This document shows positions 16,466-27,900 of a stretch of 64,000 nt of DNA, in pieces. This DNA comes from a virus (taxonomy: Duplodnaviria; Caudoviricetes): positions 256,001 to 320,000 of IMG/VR virus record IMGVR_UViG_3300021400_001148. One strand, given 5' to 3'. The notes below the pieces were generated by a model. It saw only the letters and a list, made by a program, of their open reading frames with translations. It was not told where the DNA came from and did no database searches. The number at the start of each line of letters is the position of its first letter. Position 1 is the first letter of the stretch. A program made the translations under genes and the position numbers.

Positions 16466-19400
16466 ATGTCTGGAAAAACCAAAGATGATGTCGTAAAAGA
16501 GTACTCGGGGAACCTTAAAAAAGCCCGAGGGCTTTTTAGTAAACTCACACTGGATGCATCCCAAAAGGAAGATATGAGACTTCTTGAGGAATGGTTAGAG
16601 GAAACAAATGAGAAAATTCTTAAAAACGCCGACGCATTTAATAAGTTAAGTGACAATGAAAAATCGCTTTTTAATCTTCTCAATATTCTCGAAAAGACCA
16701 GAGACTCTTCTAAACGGTTATCGGACTTAATTGACGAAATTGCCGGCAAAAACAAAACCCTTGCTGAAGAAGTTAGAAATCTATCAGTCAAGTTAGATGA
16801 AAATGCTGAAAATGTTTCTGACGTCGACGCTGTTTTAAGGGTGATAAGTAAAACCCACGACGATACACGAGAAACTTGGATTAAATTTGGTCGGGAGGTC
16901 GCAAAATCAAGGGGACAACTGGAATATTTTGAAAAGGAACTTTTAAAACTTGAAACAGCGGCCAAAGACAGTAAGGTAGATGTTCTTACTAGTAAAATAG
17001 ATTCTATTGGTAATATAGTCAAACAAGTTGGCCAGTCCGTTAAAAACTTCGGAATGGTCATCTTGGAACCTTGGAGTAAAGCACATCAGGCCGCAGCCGA
17101 TTATTCCCGTGCTGTTGGTATGAGTGGACAGGCAATGGATAAGTTCCGCAAGGACACCATTGATTTTGTCAACAACTCCAAAATTTCAGCCAACTACAAT
17201 ACCTCTATTGAGGAACTTATTAAACTTCAAAGTCAGTACTCGTCTCTCACTCAAAGGAATATTCGCTTGAGTGAATCCCAGAAAGAGACTATGGTTGCTA
17301 CAGCCAGAGTGATGGGTAATGACAAGGCTCTTGATTTTACCGCCAAACTTGAAAACTTCGGTATTGGGATGGAGAAATCTGGCAAGATAGCTAGTGAGAT
17401 GTTCAATACCGCGGCGAAACACGGAGTTAATTTTGAAAATTACACCAAAGTAGTAAGCGATAATCTGACATTAGTTCAAAATTATGGTTTCAGAAATGGT
17501 GTACAGGGTTTGGCTTCAATGGCCCGCAAAGCTACTGAACTCAAACTTAATATGCAACAGGCTGCGTCTTTTGCTGAAAAAGTGAATACAGTTGAAGGCG
17601 CTATTACAACATCAGCCAATCTGCAGGTACTTGGTGGACCATTTGCTAATTATTCTGACCCTATGGGGATGCTCTATGAGGGTTTGAATGACCTTGAGGG
17701 CCTCCAAGACAGAATGATTAAAATGATGTCCGGCCTTGGGAAGTTCAACGCTGCGACAGGTGAAGTAGAACTCAGTAATTTCAACAAAGTCAGAGTACGG
17801 GAGGCATCCAGAGCAATGGGTGTTTCCGCACAGGAAATGACTAAGATGATAAATCAAGCCGGCGTCCGTAACGAAATTGAAAGGCAAGTTTCGTCTGATG
17901 TTAGAAGGGATAAAGAACTCCTTAATCTCATCAAGAACGTGGCTTCATTCAACAGTGAAGGCCGTGCAGTTATTGATTTGGGTGATGGTAGGGGTGAAGT
18001 TAATGTCTCTGATGTTAAGAAAACCGATATTGAAAAACTCAGACAACTTAATCAGACTGAGGGCGAGGATATTAAGGATATTGCAAAAACACTGCGTGGC
18101 TGGGATGATATCATGCAGGGTACCAAGAAACAACTTGATGCAACCAAGGCACAGGTTACTGAACGGCTTGGTATTGGAAAAACAGTCCTTAACATAGCCG
18201 AAAAAATTGGTCAAAGCAACTTCCTTCTTCATTCCATTCTCCTTGCCCAGTTGGCAATGTCTGCATTTACCGGTTTTAAAGATGTAAACGCAGCTCGTAG
18301 AGGCGTAAGAGACGCTTGGAGGAAAGAACCTATTGGAGGCACTGGTGGTTTTGGTGGTAGTTTAGGCAGGGGTTATCGTGGGGGGAGTAAACCGGCATCA
18401 TATATTCAAAATGGACTTAGATATACACAAAAATCCAATGGGTCTGTTTTAGTTCAAGATATTAAAAACAACAACAAAATTGTAACTAATTTAGCCAAAG
18501 ATAATCTTCGTACCTCACAGAAACTATTATTGTCAGCATCAAAAATTTCCGGAAAAGCCGTCCTTAGTGGTGGTGTTGCTGCTGGTGCTGTCAGTGGTTT
18601 AATTCATGCAGTATCAGGAGATTTTAAAGGCGGGCCTACTGTTGAAAATAGAACTCGTAAAAACGAAGCAATTGGCGGTACAATCGGTTCAACAATCGGT
18701 GGGGCGGTTGGTGCAGCGTTAACTCCATTTTTAGGCCCACTTCCGGGTGTGCTTCTTTCAATTGGTGGTGAATTTCTCGGAAACCGTATTGGTAAAAAGG
18801 TTTCAGAAAGTCAGACAAGACAGAGAAATGAAACCAAGACTAAAATTATTGAGAACTTTAACAGAGGCGGTCAGACTGGGCGTAGTACTGCTAAAGCATT
18901 TGCAAGTCTCCAAGGTGATTATAGCCGAAAACAGTTGAGGATACTCGAAAAGGCAATGGCCGACGGAAAGATTGATGCAAGCGATAAGATTAGCGATAAA
19001 CTCCTCAAAAAACTCAATGAGGCGGGCGATATAACTGCATTCAAGGGTCTCGAAGAAACATTTGCTAAGAGTAAGTTTGGTGAAAAGATGAATGTTGCTA
19101 ACCAGACCAACACAGTCCAGAATGCAACATTTAACATAAAGAATCCTTCAGATAGCGAGGTTATTAAGCGTGCAACTGGTGGTCTTATTACGGGTCCTTC
19201 ACATTCAGAAGGCGGAGTTCCAATCCTCGGAACGCCGATTGAAGTTGAAGGTGGCGAGTATGTTGTTAATAAAGAGGCTACAAGGGAAAATTTCCATATT
19301 TTGGAAAGAATCAATAATAACCGTAACTTTAGCAAGGGCATCTCTGAAAAGGAAAGTACTAAGGTAAATTCTTATATTTCAGAAAAAATTAATAACAACC

Positions 19401-20023
19401 ATAACAACAATAAAGCGACAACAGAAAGGGTTAATCTTGAGAAAGATTTTACACAGAAGGATATAATTAAGATTTTTGATACCCGTAATTATAATAAACC
19501 TATTTCGGAAAAATATGGCCCGGAAAAAATTTTTGTAGAAAGAGATAACGTAAATTCTTTTAAGAGTGATAAAGTAAAACCTTCCAATAGTCGGAAGAGT
19601 AACGAGACTGTTTCTAAAAAAGTTAACACTGAAAGACTTTTTGCTCAAAAAGATATTATAAAACCGCTCGAAATTACAAAGAATGTTGGGCCTACAAGTA
19701 TATTGATTTCCCCGACAGTCGAGATTAAACCAAGTGAGAATAACAGTAAGTCTGGAATACAGCCTCTGAAAGTTACGCCCACAAGTGTTGAAACAACTAA
19801 CAGTACTACAACAGAGGTCGGTGTCAAACCCATAAAACTGGATGTAAGTGGTACAATCAAACTTGCTGGTGGTGGTAAAGAAGTAGACATAACGAAGATT
19901 ATTGAAACGCCTGAGTTCCTCACACAACTCGCACAACTCATAGAGAACAGACTGCAGGATAACATTCAGGGTGGTAATTATAAAGAAAGCAGGAAAAATA
20001 AACTTCACACTTATCTTGGATAA
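16466..20023 (+). CDS. Tail tape measure protein
   Basis: 1185 aa, helical with a Gly-zipper segment (AIGGTIGSTIGGAVGAAL) and an ATGG...GPSH..GG...EGGEYV motif. Lies between the chaperone and baseplate genes. Confidence 0.8.
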   Translation: MSGKTKDDVVKEYSGNLKKARGLFSKLTLDASQKEDMRLLEEWLEETNEKILKNADAFNKLSDNEKSLFNLLNILEKTRDSSKRLSDLIDEIAGKNKTLAEEVRNLSVKLDENAENVSDVDAVLRVISKTHDDTRETWIKFGREVAKSRGQLEYFEKELLKLETAAKDSKVDVLTSKIDSIGNIVKQVGQSVKNFGMVILEPWSKAHQAAADYSRAVGMSGQAMDKFRKDTIDFVNNSKISANYNTSIEELIKLQSQYSSLTQRNIRLSESQKETMVATARVMGNDKALDFTAKLENFGIGMEKSGKIASEMFNTAAKHGVNFENYTKVVSDNLTLVQNYGFRNGVQGLASMARKATELKLNMQQAASFAEKVNTVEGAITTSANLQVLGGPFANYSDPMGMLYEGLNDLEGLQDRMIKMMSGLGKFNAATGEVELSNFNKVRVREASRAMGVSAQEMTKMINQAGVRNEIERQVSSDVRRDKELLNLIKNVASFNSEGRAVIDLGDGRGEVNVSDVKKTDIEKLRQLNQTEGEDIKDIAKTLRGWDDIMQGTKKQLDATKAQVTERLGIGKTVLNIAEKIGQSNFLLHSILLAQLAMSAFTGFKDVNAARRGVRDAWRKEPIGGTGGFGGSLGRGYRGGSKPASYIQNGLRYTQKSNGSVLVQDIKNNNKIVTNLAKDNLRTSQKLLLSASKISGKAVLSGGVAAGAVSGLIHAVSGDFKGGPTVENRTRKNEAIGGTIGSTIGGAVGAALTPFLGPLPGVLLSIGGEFLGNRIGKKVSESQTRQRNETKTKIIENFNRGGQTGRSTAKAFASLQGDYSRKQLRILEKAMADGKIDASDKISDKLLKKLNEAGDITAFKGLEETFAKSKFGEKMNVANQTNTVQNATFNIKNPSDSEVIKRATGGLITGPSHSEGGVPILGTPIEVEGGEYVVNKEATRENFHILERINNNRNFSKGISEKESTKVNSYISEKINNNHNNNKATTERVNLEKDFTQKDIIKIFDTRNYNKPISEKYGPEKIFVERDNVNSFKSDKVKPSNSRKSNETVSKKVNTERLFAQKDIIKPLEITKNVGPTSILISPTVEIKPSENNSKSGIQPLKVTPTSVETTNSTTTEVGVKPIKLDVSGTIKLAGGGKEVDITKIIETPEFLTQLAQLIENRLQDNIQGGNYKESRKNKLHTYLG

Positions 20024-20025
20024 AG

Positions 20026-23000
20026 ATGAACGATAATGGTGTTATATATTTGGGCGTAAGTGACATCTCCGGGAAAACCCCGGGGCTGTACAACGGCTCA
20101 TTTTTCATAAGGAATAATGCCCTGAGTAAGAACCGGGGTAAGTACAGTATGTTTTCCGAGAGCCTCAGTTCCAATGGCGGCGAGGCAGTCGGCGAGGCAT
20201 ACGAGGTTGGTGACGCCCTAAGGTCCAAAGACCTCGGGGATGGTGGCCTGTTTTCTTATACACATGAGGCGGAGTTGGATACAAACCTTTCGAGAAATAC
20301 CAACCTTTTATCTTCTTTCCTTGACTATGAAGAAAGCCGCGACATTGAACGGGCTTTGAATGAACCTAACAACTCACTCCCTTGGAATAATAAGTTAATG
20401 CCGTATTCCGATGCTTCTTCTTATGAGAAGTCATCCAAGTTTGCTGACTATAGGGAGTATGCGAAATCTATTTTCCAATTTGGTCTTTCTTTTGAGAGCA
20501 ATCTGAAAGGTAGTGTGAATTCTCTGATGTACGGCGGTTTTACACCAAGCAAGACGCTTTTGAATGATGTAACGGAGTTTATTGACGGACATCAGGGTAC
20601 TATCTTGAATCCCGTGCCGACAGACTGGGCTCTTGGAGATACCAATCTTGGTTATACCGGAAAAAGGATGGTTCAACTCCAGAGGTTCTTCCAGAAAAGT
20701 AGCCTTTCGGACCCAATCACCAGAGGATTGGAAAAAAAAGACTATGAGGAGACAGAAAAAACGATTTTCCGTAAGGGAAATATAGGGAAAGATTTCACAC
20801 AGAAAGAAGCATACACGGATAATACACAGTCTGCTGAAAATTACATAACTGAGGTCGAAAAAGAAGAGGATAGGAAAACTTCCGAAACAACCAAGAACAT
20901 CAGGCAGTATAATTTCAGTGGAAACAATTTCAAACCTACGAACAAATATGTGTCGTTTGTGGGTGAGGAGGATTTTGGAAAAACCGTAGGTAACACCGAT
21001 GTCGTCCCGGGTAAGAACAGGAAAGTGGCTTCCCCTGATGAGTTCAACATTGGGAACGGTGGTATAACAACCGGACTTAAGGCCGCCGGGAACTATCACG
21101 GTGAGGTTGGTTACAATTTTTATGATGAGGGGGATTTAGAGGATGGCGGACGAAGAAATAAATCAGCTTTTACTGGGCAAACATATGACAGCCGCATAGC
21201 CTCCGGGGTGCAGGAAAACACATCTTCTGGTAATAAAAAGAACTTGCTTAATATAACAAGAAAGCTCTTCAATGAACATAAGATAGATACCTTGATGGGC
21301 CGTTTTCACACTTCCGTCAGTGATAACCCTGACAGTGCTGAAATACAGGAAACACAGTCGGCTGTAAGTAGTTACGGTCTTTCCCACGGAAGAAATTTGT
21401 TGGCTGGTCGTGAAACCATAAACGACTATGACAATCCGTACTGCCGTGTGTGGACATATCATCACCAGTATTCAAAAATCAGCGACCTTATCAGGCCTTT
21501 CGATGCCGATAAACCAATAGAGGAAGTTCAGGCGAACTATCTCGGACGCCCTATTCTCGGGCTTAAGAATAATTCTGTTGGTTCTTGGTCAACCAAAACC
21601 GTCCTGAATAAGAACGGACTTGTAAACATTGCGCCGATGAGGGGTGAAAATATGAAAACGGCCTCAGTCGACATCAAGCAGTGTATGTTCTCCATAGAAA
21701 ACCTCGCTTGGAAAGATATGGGGAAAAAAGAGAGAAACTTCCCGGAGTCAGAAAGAGGACCACTGGGTGGAAGAATTATGTGGTTTCCACCATATGACTT
21801 AAATATAACCGAAAACTCGAATCCAGAGTGGAATAAGAATACCTTCATTGGCCGTGGTGAAAGTATTTATACTTATTCAAACACTGAAAGAACCGGAACT
21901 CTTTCTTTTACAATAGTGGCAGACCACCCTTCAGTTGTTGATTATTGGATGAAAAACCACGCAGGCGGAGACGGATTTATAGATAAGGATGAGGCTGAAC
22001 AACAACTCCTAAGATTCTACGCTGGGTGTGATAATTTGGACCTTACAGAGGTTCTTGAAGAGATTGAGACCCCAGAGGAAGAAACACATATAGATGAGGA
22101 ACCAAAAAAGAAAGATACGGTTGACGGAAGGCTGACTGTTAAAACAGGATACACACCGGACAATGGATATTCTTTTTACCTCTATTTCCCTAATAATCTT
22201 AGTGGTAAAGACTATTTGGATGAACCTGATTTGGTTATAGACTACCTGATGCTCGGAAAGCAGAAAGAGGAAAATATCGAGACAGGTGTTACTGTGGACA
22301 ATGTGAAATGGGCTGTATATGACCGAAACATTGAACGCACACCAAGATACACTTCATTTAGTGGTGAGCCGTGGGGCTATGAAACTGGTAAAGGCGCAGG
22401 GGAATCGGTTTCAGATGCAAATCTTGGAATAACTGATTCATCGAACAACAATCATTTCGTCTTCGAGAAGATTTATCCAAGCCTTACTGAAAACAGTAAA
22501 CAGCCCAAGGGAATTGCTCCGAATGAATCCAAGTTTGTCTGGGGCTATGCACATGACAATGACACTTCAGCCCAAAGGTTACAGGCTGGTACGGATAAAT
22601 TAGTGAAAAACCAATATCTGGATATAACAGACTTGGGTTTCAACGCATCAAGAACAAGCAAGAGCGATGCGGATATCAACTGCTCTTTCCTAGATGCTTA
22701 TATTGCACTTCAACTTCAGAACAGCCCTGAATATAGTTTCATACAGACCTTCAATGAAAGGATTGCGGCCGCAAATCCCAAATATGATGTTTCAGAAGTT
22801 GCTGAGTTCCAGAGAAAGATGAGGGAAATGCTTTATGACCCACAAAAACTGGAAAACCAAGGAAACACCAATATGAAAAATGCTGTAAGGAAAGTTTATT
22901 ACAGTATCAAGGGAGGTGCGTCTGACCACGGGTATAGTTCAAACAACAACAATCTTGCAGCCAACCGCAGGCGGCTTCTCGAAGAGTGGATAAAGAAATT

Positions 23001-24582
23001 TGGTGGAAAAGATTGGGAGTATGTTGAAAATGAGGCTAGCAAAATTCCGGAAATAGGTGGTACCAATGGCAAAGATGTATCAGACGCGTTACCGAAAGAG
23101 GCCCGCCGTGCCAAAATACAGATATGGTGGGAATGGGAGCATATCGATGATGTAAATCCCGAACCCTTAAACAAGAAGAAGAATAGCAACTCTTCACAGG
23201 TACAGAACAAGTATCGTCTTGTAAAATACAAAGAAGGTAACGATTTCTCAAAATATGGAAAGGAGTATACTTTCTTCAAAGAGTTGAAGAGTAGTGATAA
23301 TTTCCTTTATAGGAATATTATAGACAAGGTTAAATATTTTGACCCTGCCTATCACGCCATAACCCCCGAGGGTTTCAACGGTCGTCTTGCTTTCTTGCAT
23401 CAGTGCACAAGACAGGGCCCGACCGTAGAATCCAATTCCAATGGAAACAATGCTGGGTATGCCGGCAACCTTTCTTTCGGAAGACCCCCGGTATGTATAC
23501 TGAGGTTAGGTGATTTTTACAACACAAGGATTGTAATCAATTCCTTGCAAATAAACTTTGACACAAATCAGTGGGATTTGAATCAAGAGGGGATTGGTGT
23601 ACAGCCAATGCTGGCAAAGGTTACAATGTCTTTCGTGTTCCAAGGTGGTAGTTCCCTCGGCGGCCCGGTAACAAGGCTTCAAAATGCAATTTCATTCAAC
23701 TACTACGCAAACCAAGAGGTTTATGATGACAGGGCTGACAGTATGGTTTATAAAGACGGGAAAGTAGATGATGAAGGGACTTATATCTGGGACCCTTGGA
23801 CAGAAGTGGAAGAGAAGAGGACAACCGGTGATACAAGGGAAATTGATACCAAAAAAACAACTTACCTTAAAGAGAAAGAGTTAGAGACAAAACAGGCTAA
23901 GGTGAGAAGTGAAAGAGTGAACAATACAGTCAATAGTGTTGCTAAGGAGACACTGGGTAAAATCGCTGTGGAAACTCTCGCCAGTGAATGCCTTAGTTAC
24001 GAACAACTGATTGCCAGCCTTCCAGGAAGAAGCATAGAAAAAAATCTTAAAGTCGGGGATATTTTCACCTTCTACAAAAAGAAGTACGGTAAGAGTTTAT
24101 TGGTTGATTATACAGAGAGGAACTGCCAATCACTTGAAAAATGGGTTGAAAATGCTTATAATGAAAATGACCCTTGTTTGATAAGTGATTTTGCAAATGA
24201 TACTTTCAGAAACTATATTTTGAATACATATTCCAAAAAGAATTGTGAGAATTTTGAAGAAATATGCGAGAGATTCTCAATAGAAACCGGTCGAAGCGTT
24301 TTTTATAATACAAACGACCAAGAAACTGTTTCAATAGTGAATACTCTTGCAAGCCAGTATAGTACTGGGTTCACAGAAGGAATGGAATGGGTATATGCAA
24401 ATGCCATTTATCAGATTTTGTTTGTGGATAATAACAGAACTGAAATTGGCAACTTAGGGTATCGCGCTACTGAAGATGGTGGCTGGGAAGTTAATCCCTC
24501 CTCACCTACGGAGGCGGTTCTTACTTCGAATGATGTGGCAATAAGAAATGTGTTGAAAAACACTTTTAATAGGATTTTTTAA
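20026..24582 (+). CDS. Large baseplate protein with tube-initiator-like domain and OmpA-like insertion
   Basis: MWFPPYD...W....FIGRGESIYTYSNTERTGTLSF and PPVCILRLGDFY..RIVI.SL...WD. Lies between the TMP and LysM genes. Confidence 0.65.
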   Translation: MNDNGVIYLGVSDISGKTPGLYNGSFFIRNNALSKNRGKYSMFSESLSSNGGEAVGEAYEVGDALRSKDLGDGGLFSYTHEAELDTNLSRNTNLLSSFLDYEESRDIERALNEPNNSLPWNNKLMPYSDASSYEKSSKFADYREYAKSIFQFGLSFESNLKGSVNSLMYGGFTPSKTLLNDVTEFIDGHQGTILNPVPTDWALGDTNLGYTGKRMVQLQRFFQKSSLSDPITRGLEKKDYEETEKTIFRKGNIGKDFTQKEAYTDNTQSAENYITEVEKEEDRKTSETTKNIRQYNFSGNNFKPTNKYVSFVGEEDFGKTVGNTDVVPGKNRKVASPDEFNIGNGGITTGLKAAGNYHGEVGYNFYDEGDLEDGGRRNKSAFTGQTYDSRIASGVQENTSSGNKKNLLNITRKLFNEHKIDTLMGRFHTSVSDNPDSAEIQETQSAVSSYGLSHGRNLLAGRETINDYDNPYCRVWTYHHQYSKISDLIRPFDADKPIEEVQANYLGRPILGLKNNSVGSWSTKTVLNKNGLVNIAPMRGENMKTASVDIKQCMFSIENLAWKDMGKKERNFPESERGPLGGRIMWFPPYDLNITENSNPEWNKNTFIGRGESIYTYSNTERTGTLSFTIVADHPSVVDYWMKNHAGGDGFIDKDEAEQQLLRFYAGCDNLDLTEVLEEIETPEEETHIDEEPKKKDTVDGRLTVKTGYTPDNGYSFYLYFPNNLSGKDYLDEPDLVIDYLMLGKQKEENIETGVTVDNVKWAVYDRNIERTPRYTSFSGEPWGYETGKGAGESVSDANLGITDSSNNNHFVFEKIYPSLTENSKQPKGIAPNESKFVWGYAHDNDTSAQRLQAGTDKLVKNQYLDITDLGFNASRTSKSDADINCSFLDAYIALQLQNSPEYSFIQTFNERIAAANPKYDVSEVAEFQRKMREMLYDPQKLENQGNTNMKNAVRKVYYSIKGGASDHGYSSNNNNLAANRRRLLEEWIKKFGGKDWEYVENEASKIPEIGGTNGKDVSDALPKEARRAKIQIWWEWEHIDDVNPEPLNKKKNSNSSQVQNKYRLVKYKEGNDFSKYGKEYTFFKELKSSDNFLYRNIIDKVKYFDPAYHAITPEGFNGRLAFLHQCTRQGPTVESNSNGNNAGYAGNLSFGRPPVCILRLGDFYNTRIVINSLQINFDTNQWDLNQEGIGVQPMLAKVTMSFVFQGGSSLGGPVTRLQNAISFNYYANQEVYDDRADSMVYKDGKVDDEGTYIWDPWTEVEEKRTTGDTREIDTKKTTYLKEKELETKQAKVRSERVNNTVNSVAKETLGKIAVETLASECLSYEQLIASLPGRSIEKNLKVGDIFTFYKKKYGKSLLVDYTERNCQSLEKWVENAYNENDPCLISDFANDTFRNYILNTYSKKNCENFEEICERFSIETGRSVFYNTNDQETVSIVNTLASQYSTGFTEGMEWVYANAIYQILFVDNNRTEIGNLGYRATEDGGWEVNPSSPTEAVLTSNDVAIRNVLKNTFNRIF

Positions 24583-24585
24583 CAA

Positions 24586-24909
24586 ATGGCAACATACGAC
24601 AGATACAGTAGTTTTAGGAATAACGGTGGAGTCTCGATGGTTCCTTATATAGAGATACCGGTCAGGGATACTGACAGGTACGAAACCTATAAGGTAAATG
24701 AGACGAGGCTCGACCTTCTTTCGAATGATTATTATGGGACTCCGGATTACTGGTGGGTGATAATGCAAGCCAATTCAGAGTATGGGGCTAATGAGTTTGC
24801 TATTCCAGATAATGCATCTATTCGAATACCATACCCTATTGGGACTGTGTTAGACGGTTATAAAACCAGTATTGAAAACTACATGAAATATTACGGTTAC
24901 AACGATTAA
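24586..24909 (+). CDS. Baseplate wedge LysM-like protein (T4 gp53 / P2 gpX-like)
   Basis: ETRLDLLSNDYYGTPDYWWVIMQAN...IPD...IRIP. Confidence 0.85.
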   Translation: MATYDRYSSFRNNGGVSMVPYIEIPVRDTDRYETYKVNETRLDLLSNDYYGTPDYWWVIMQANSEYGANEFAIPDNASIRIPYPIGTVLDGYKTSIENYMKYYGYND

Positions 24910-24910
24910 A

Positions 24911-27900
24911 ATGGATATTAAAAATACTGACATACAAGAAGTAGGAAGGATTTTATACTATGAACCGAATAAGAAAAACGGCGAAGTATTTAACCCTGAA
25001 GATTATAGTATCTTTGTTGACTTAGTCGTTGAAACAACCAACAGGCTCACTAGAAAAAAAAGTAAAGCCGAAGCCAACTTTGATGGAAAGACACTAATTT
25101 TCAAGGGAAACCATATCACTTCCACAAGTAGAAACTATCTTTCCACAAACGTTCTAAACAATACTTTCCAAGATATTAGAGAGGGAAATAATAAAGAATG
25201 TCTTGGTATAGAGTATATTGACATCGCTTTTAATTCTTGGAACTGTCCGGAGGTTAATATAAAGTTTACGGATGTGAGGGGGGCTTCTCTGCTTTCCCCT
25301 GCGGACTACTATGATAACAGGTCTGTTTATGGCACCTATGGCGATGGTGGGCGAAATGAAGAGGACTTTGAATCTTCATTAATTTCATCCTTTTTCAAAT
25401 TCCCATACCCCAAATATTCACTTAGAATCAAAGGATTCTACGGAAAAGCGGTTACATACCAACTTTGCGTGACAGATTTTAAAACTTCGTTTAACTCCAG
25501 CACAGGTAATTTCGATATAAATGTGAAGTTTATTGGTTATATGTTCGGTTTCTTTACTGACATTCCATTTAACTTCCTCTATGCCGCGCCTTTTATGAGC
25601 ACGGGTAAAAAATACTGGGAACTAAGTGATTTTACCTTTGAAACCGGAAGTAAAATACCAACGCTTTCCGAACTTCGTAAAACATTGCAGGATGCCGGAA
25701 AAACAGTCGATGAAGACCCCAATTGTCGTGCAGCCGTTAAGCAGATTTCCAATGAGAGGGTTACCATAGATAGGACTAATGACCTTCACGAGAGGTTTGA
25801 CGATTTTGTGAAAGAATTCCCTTCGATTACCATTACGACCCAAAGCGGTGTTTCCAGTAACAATAATCGGGGTGAAAGCAGGGAAGAACTTGCGTGGGAT
25901 ATTATGTTCCTACCCTCAAAATCAAGTTTTTTCTTTGATGACAAGAAAAACGGTATTAATATTGAGAGTAAATATTCGGCGGTTGCAAAAGAAGTTGTAA
26001 AGTCATTTGAAATTCTTGGTAATGACGGTAGAAATACAAAACAAATTAATGAATTTATCAATGCAGTGAAAAAAGGCGGCGGCTCTGGCAAATATAAACC
26101 AGAGAATTTAACTGTTAAAATTTTCACTGTTAGTTATGAAAATGACAAATTTACCTTAGAGAAACTTGCAGATGATGAAAACAGCAGTAAAACGCTCCCT
26201 TGCTGCAATAAAAGCGAACGGGAAGAAATTTGGAAGAAAATAGATGAAAGTAAGGCCGAGATTGAGAAACTTTTAGCGAGAAACTACAGTAATCTTGGAA
26301 AGGATTATACCTCTTTCTATGCGATATATTTTCCTAAGTCAAAAATAGATAAGGAAATTGACAGCATTACTAATCTGGCAACAACCGAAATAGAAAACAA
26401 GAAGGGAATTATTACCTCAAAGAAAAACAGTGTAATTAGAAACCTCATTGGGTTTGAACCGACAATAAAAAACATTGTTGATATTGTTCTGGCTCATATG
26501 GATACTGCTATGCATGTCATTTATGACAGGGTGATAAACAGGGTTGCCGAGAAGGATAATAGAAAGGATATGTCTCGCTATGGGTTGACATCCGATAATA
26601 CTGACATTAACACAAAAGACCCGAGAAATACCGCAATTCCTCCGTTTTTTACTTATTACAATACACAGAAGAAAGATTCCAAAGGCATTAATTCTTTTGA
26701 TACCATAAGCAAAAACGAAGAAATGTGGATTGGGGATAATCCCCTTCTGAAAAACTTTGACGAGGTTGCTTTCATAAAGGAGTATGCAAGTGCTTTATCT
26801 GAAATAGATAGTGAAAAACGAGAGGCTGAAAAAACCATTAACGATATTCGTAATGGAAAGGATGAAAATCTCATTTACCTTCTCCCAATCGATAATATGG
26901 ATGAGATTGTGAACCCATATGACGGTCTGATAGATGATGCTGCCGGCGACGAAAGTATGCTTGAAAAAGTGAAAAAAACACTTTTATACCGCACACTCTT
27001 GTATAAACTTTTTTATAAAGAAACAGTTACATCAGGAAATACTACCGATAACACATGGAGCCATATTCTTTCAGTGTTAGGGGAGATAGAAGCGACCGCA
27101 TTTTCAAAAACAGCCGCTTTCATAGGTCTGAATGATGCGGTATATAAAAGCATAAACGATGATAAGACTGTTTTTCCCGTAGCCCCGGGGAGCACGGTCA
27201 CTATTAGCGGTGGCGGGTATAAAAGAGCCGTCTACAACAAGGAGAAGATTCCGATAAAATTTTCGTCACCAGACAGTTTCAATTCACAGGCGTCCGGTGA
27301 ATTGGGCAGCCCATATGAAAAGGCGTTGATTTCAGTCGAATATCCGAACCAGACCTCTGAGTTAAACGAGATGTTTTCTATAGCAACCGAACCGAAACCG
27401 GATTTTGATGGTTTGGTGGAAAATGTAAAGGGGCTGTTTAGTAAAAAATCTATTGGGGACTCACCAAAGACCACTGGTTATTTTACCAGGGGTAATTGGG
27501 GTGAACAATTTTATGTCATGAAGTATCTTTTCGACCCCAATGGAAACGATATGCCTAAGAACTCCGCTTTAAGTGGGGTAACGCGAATAGATTCTTCTTG
27601 GATTAATGGTCAAATTATTAAATATTTGGATAATGCATTGGCCAACAAAGGCTTTAAGGATAAAACCGGAAGGTATCTTCCTGCCTTTGCTGTAAACAAT
27701 TCGGAAACGCTTTTTAACCACGAAGTCTTTACAAGTCTGTCTGGAGAAACGGCAGATTTGGCGAGAGCATATCTTTTCCTTAACACATTGCCATTAAAAT
27801 TTGATGGTCTGACAAAAATCCTGAGAAGTATGTCAACCCGTGCCGGCATTATCTCTTTGCCTAAGGGTTTGGTACTATTGCTCGGGGCCCTTTACTGGAG

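Noticed and set aside
19441-20807. Near-identical 21-nt stretch (KDFTQK) in the TMP and the next gene
   Set aside because: A single short A-rich match with no flanking similarity; probably chance.
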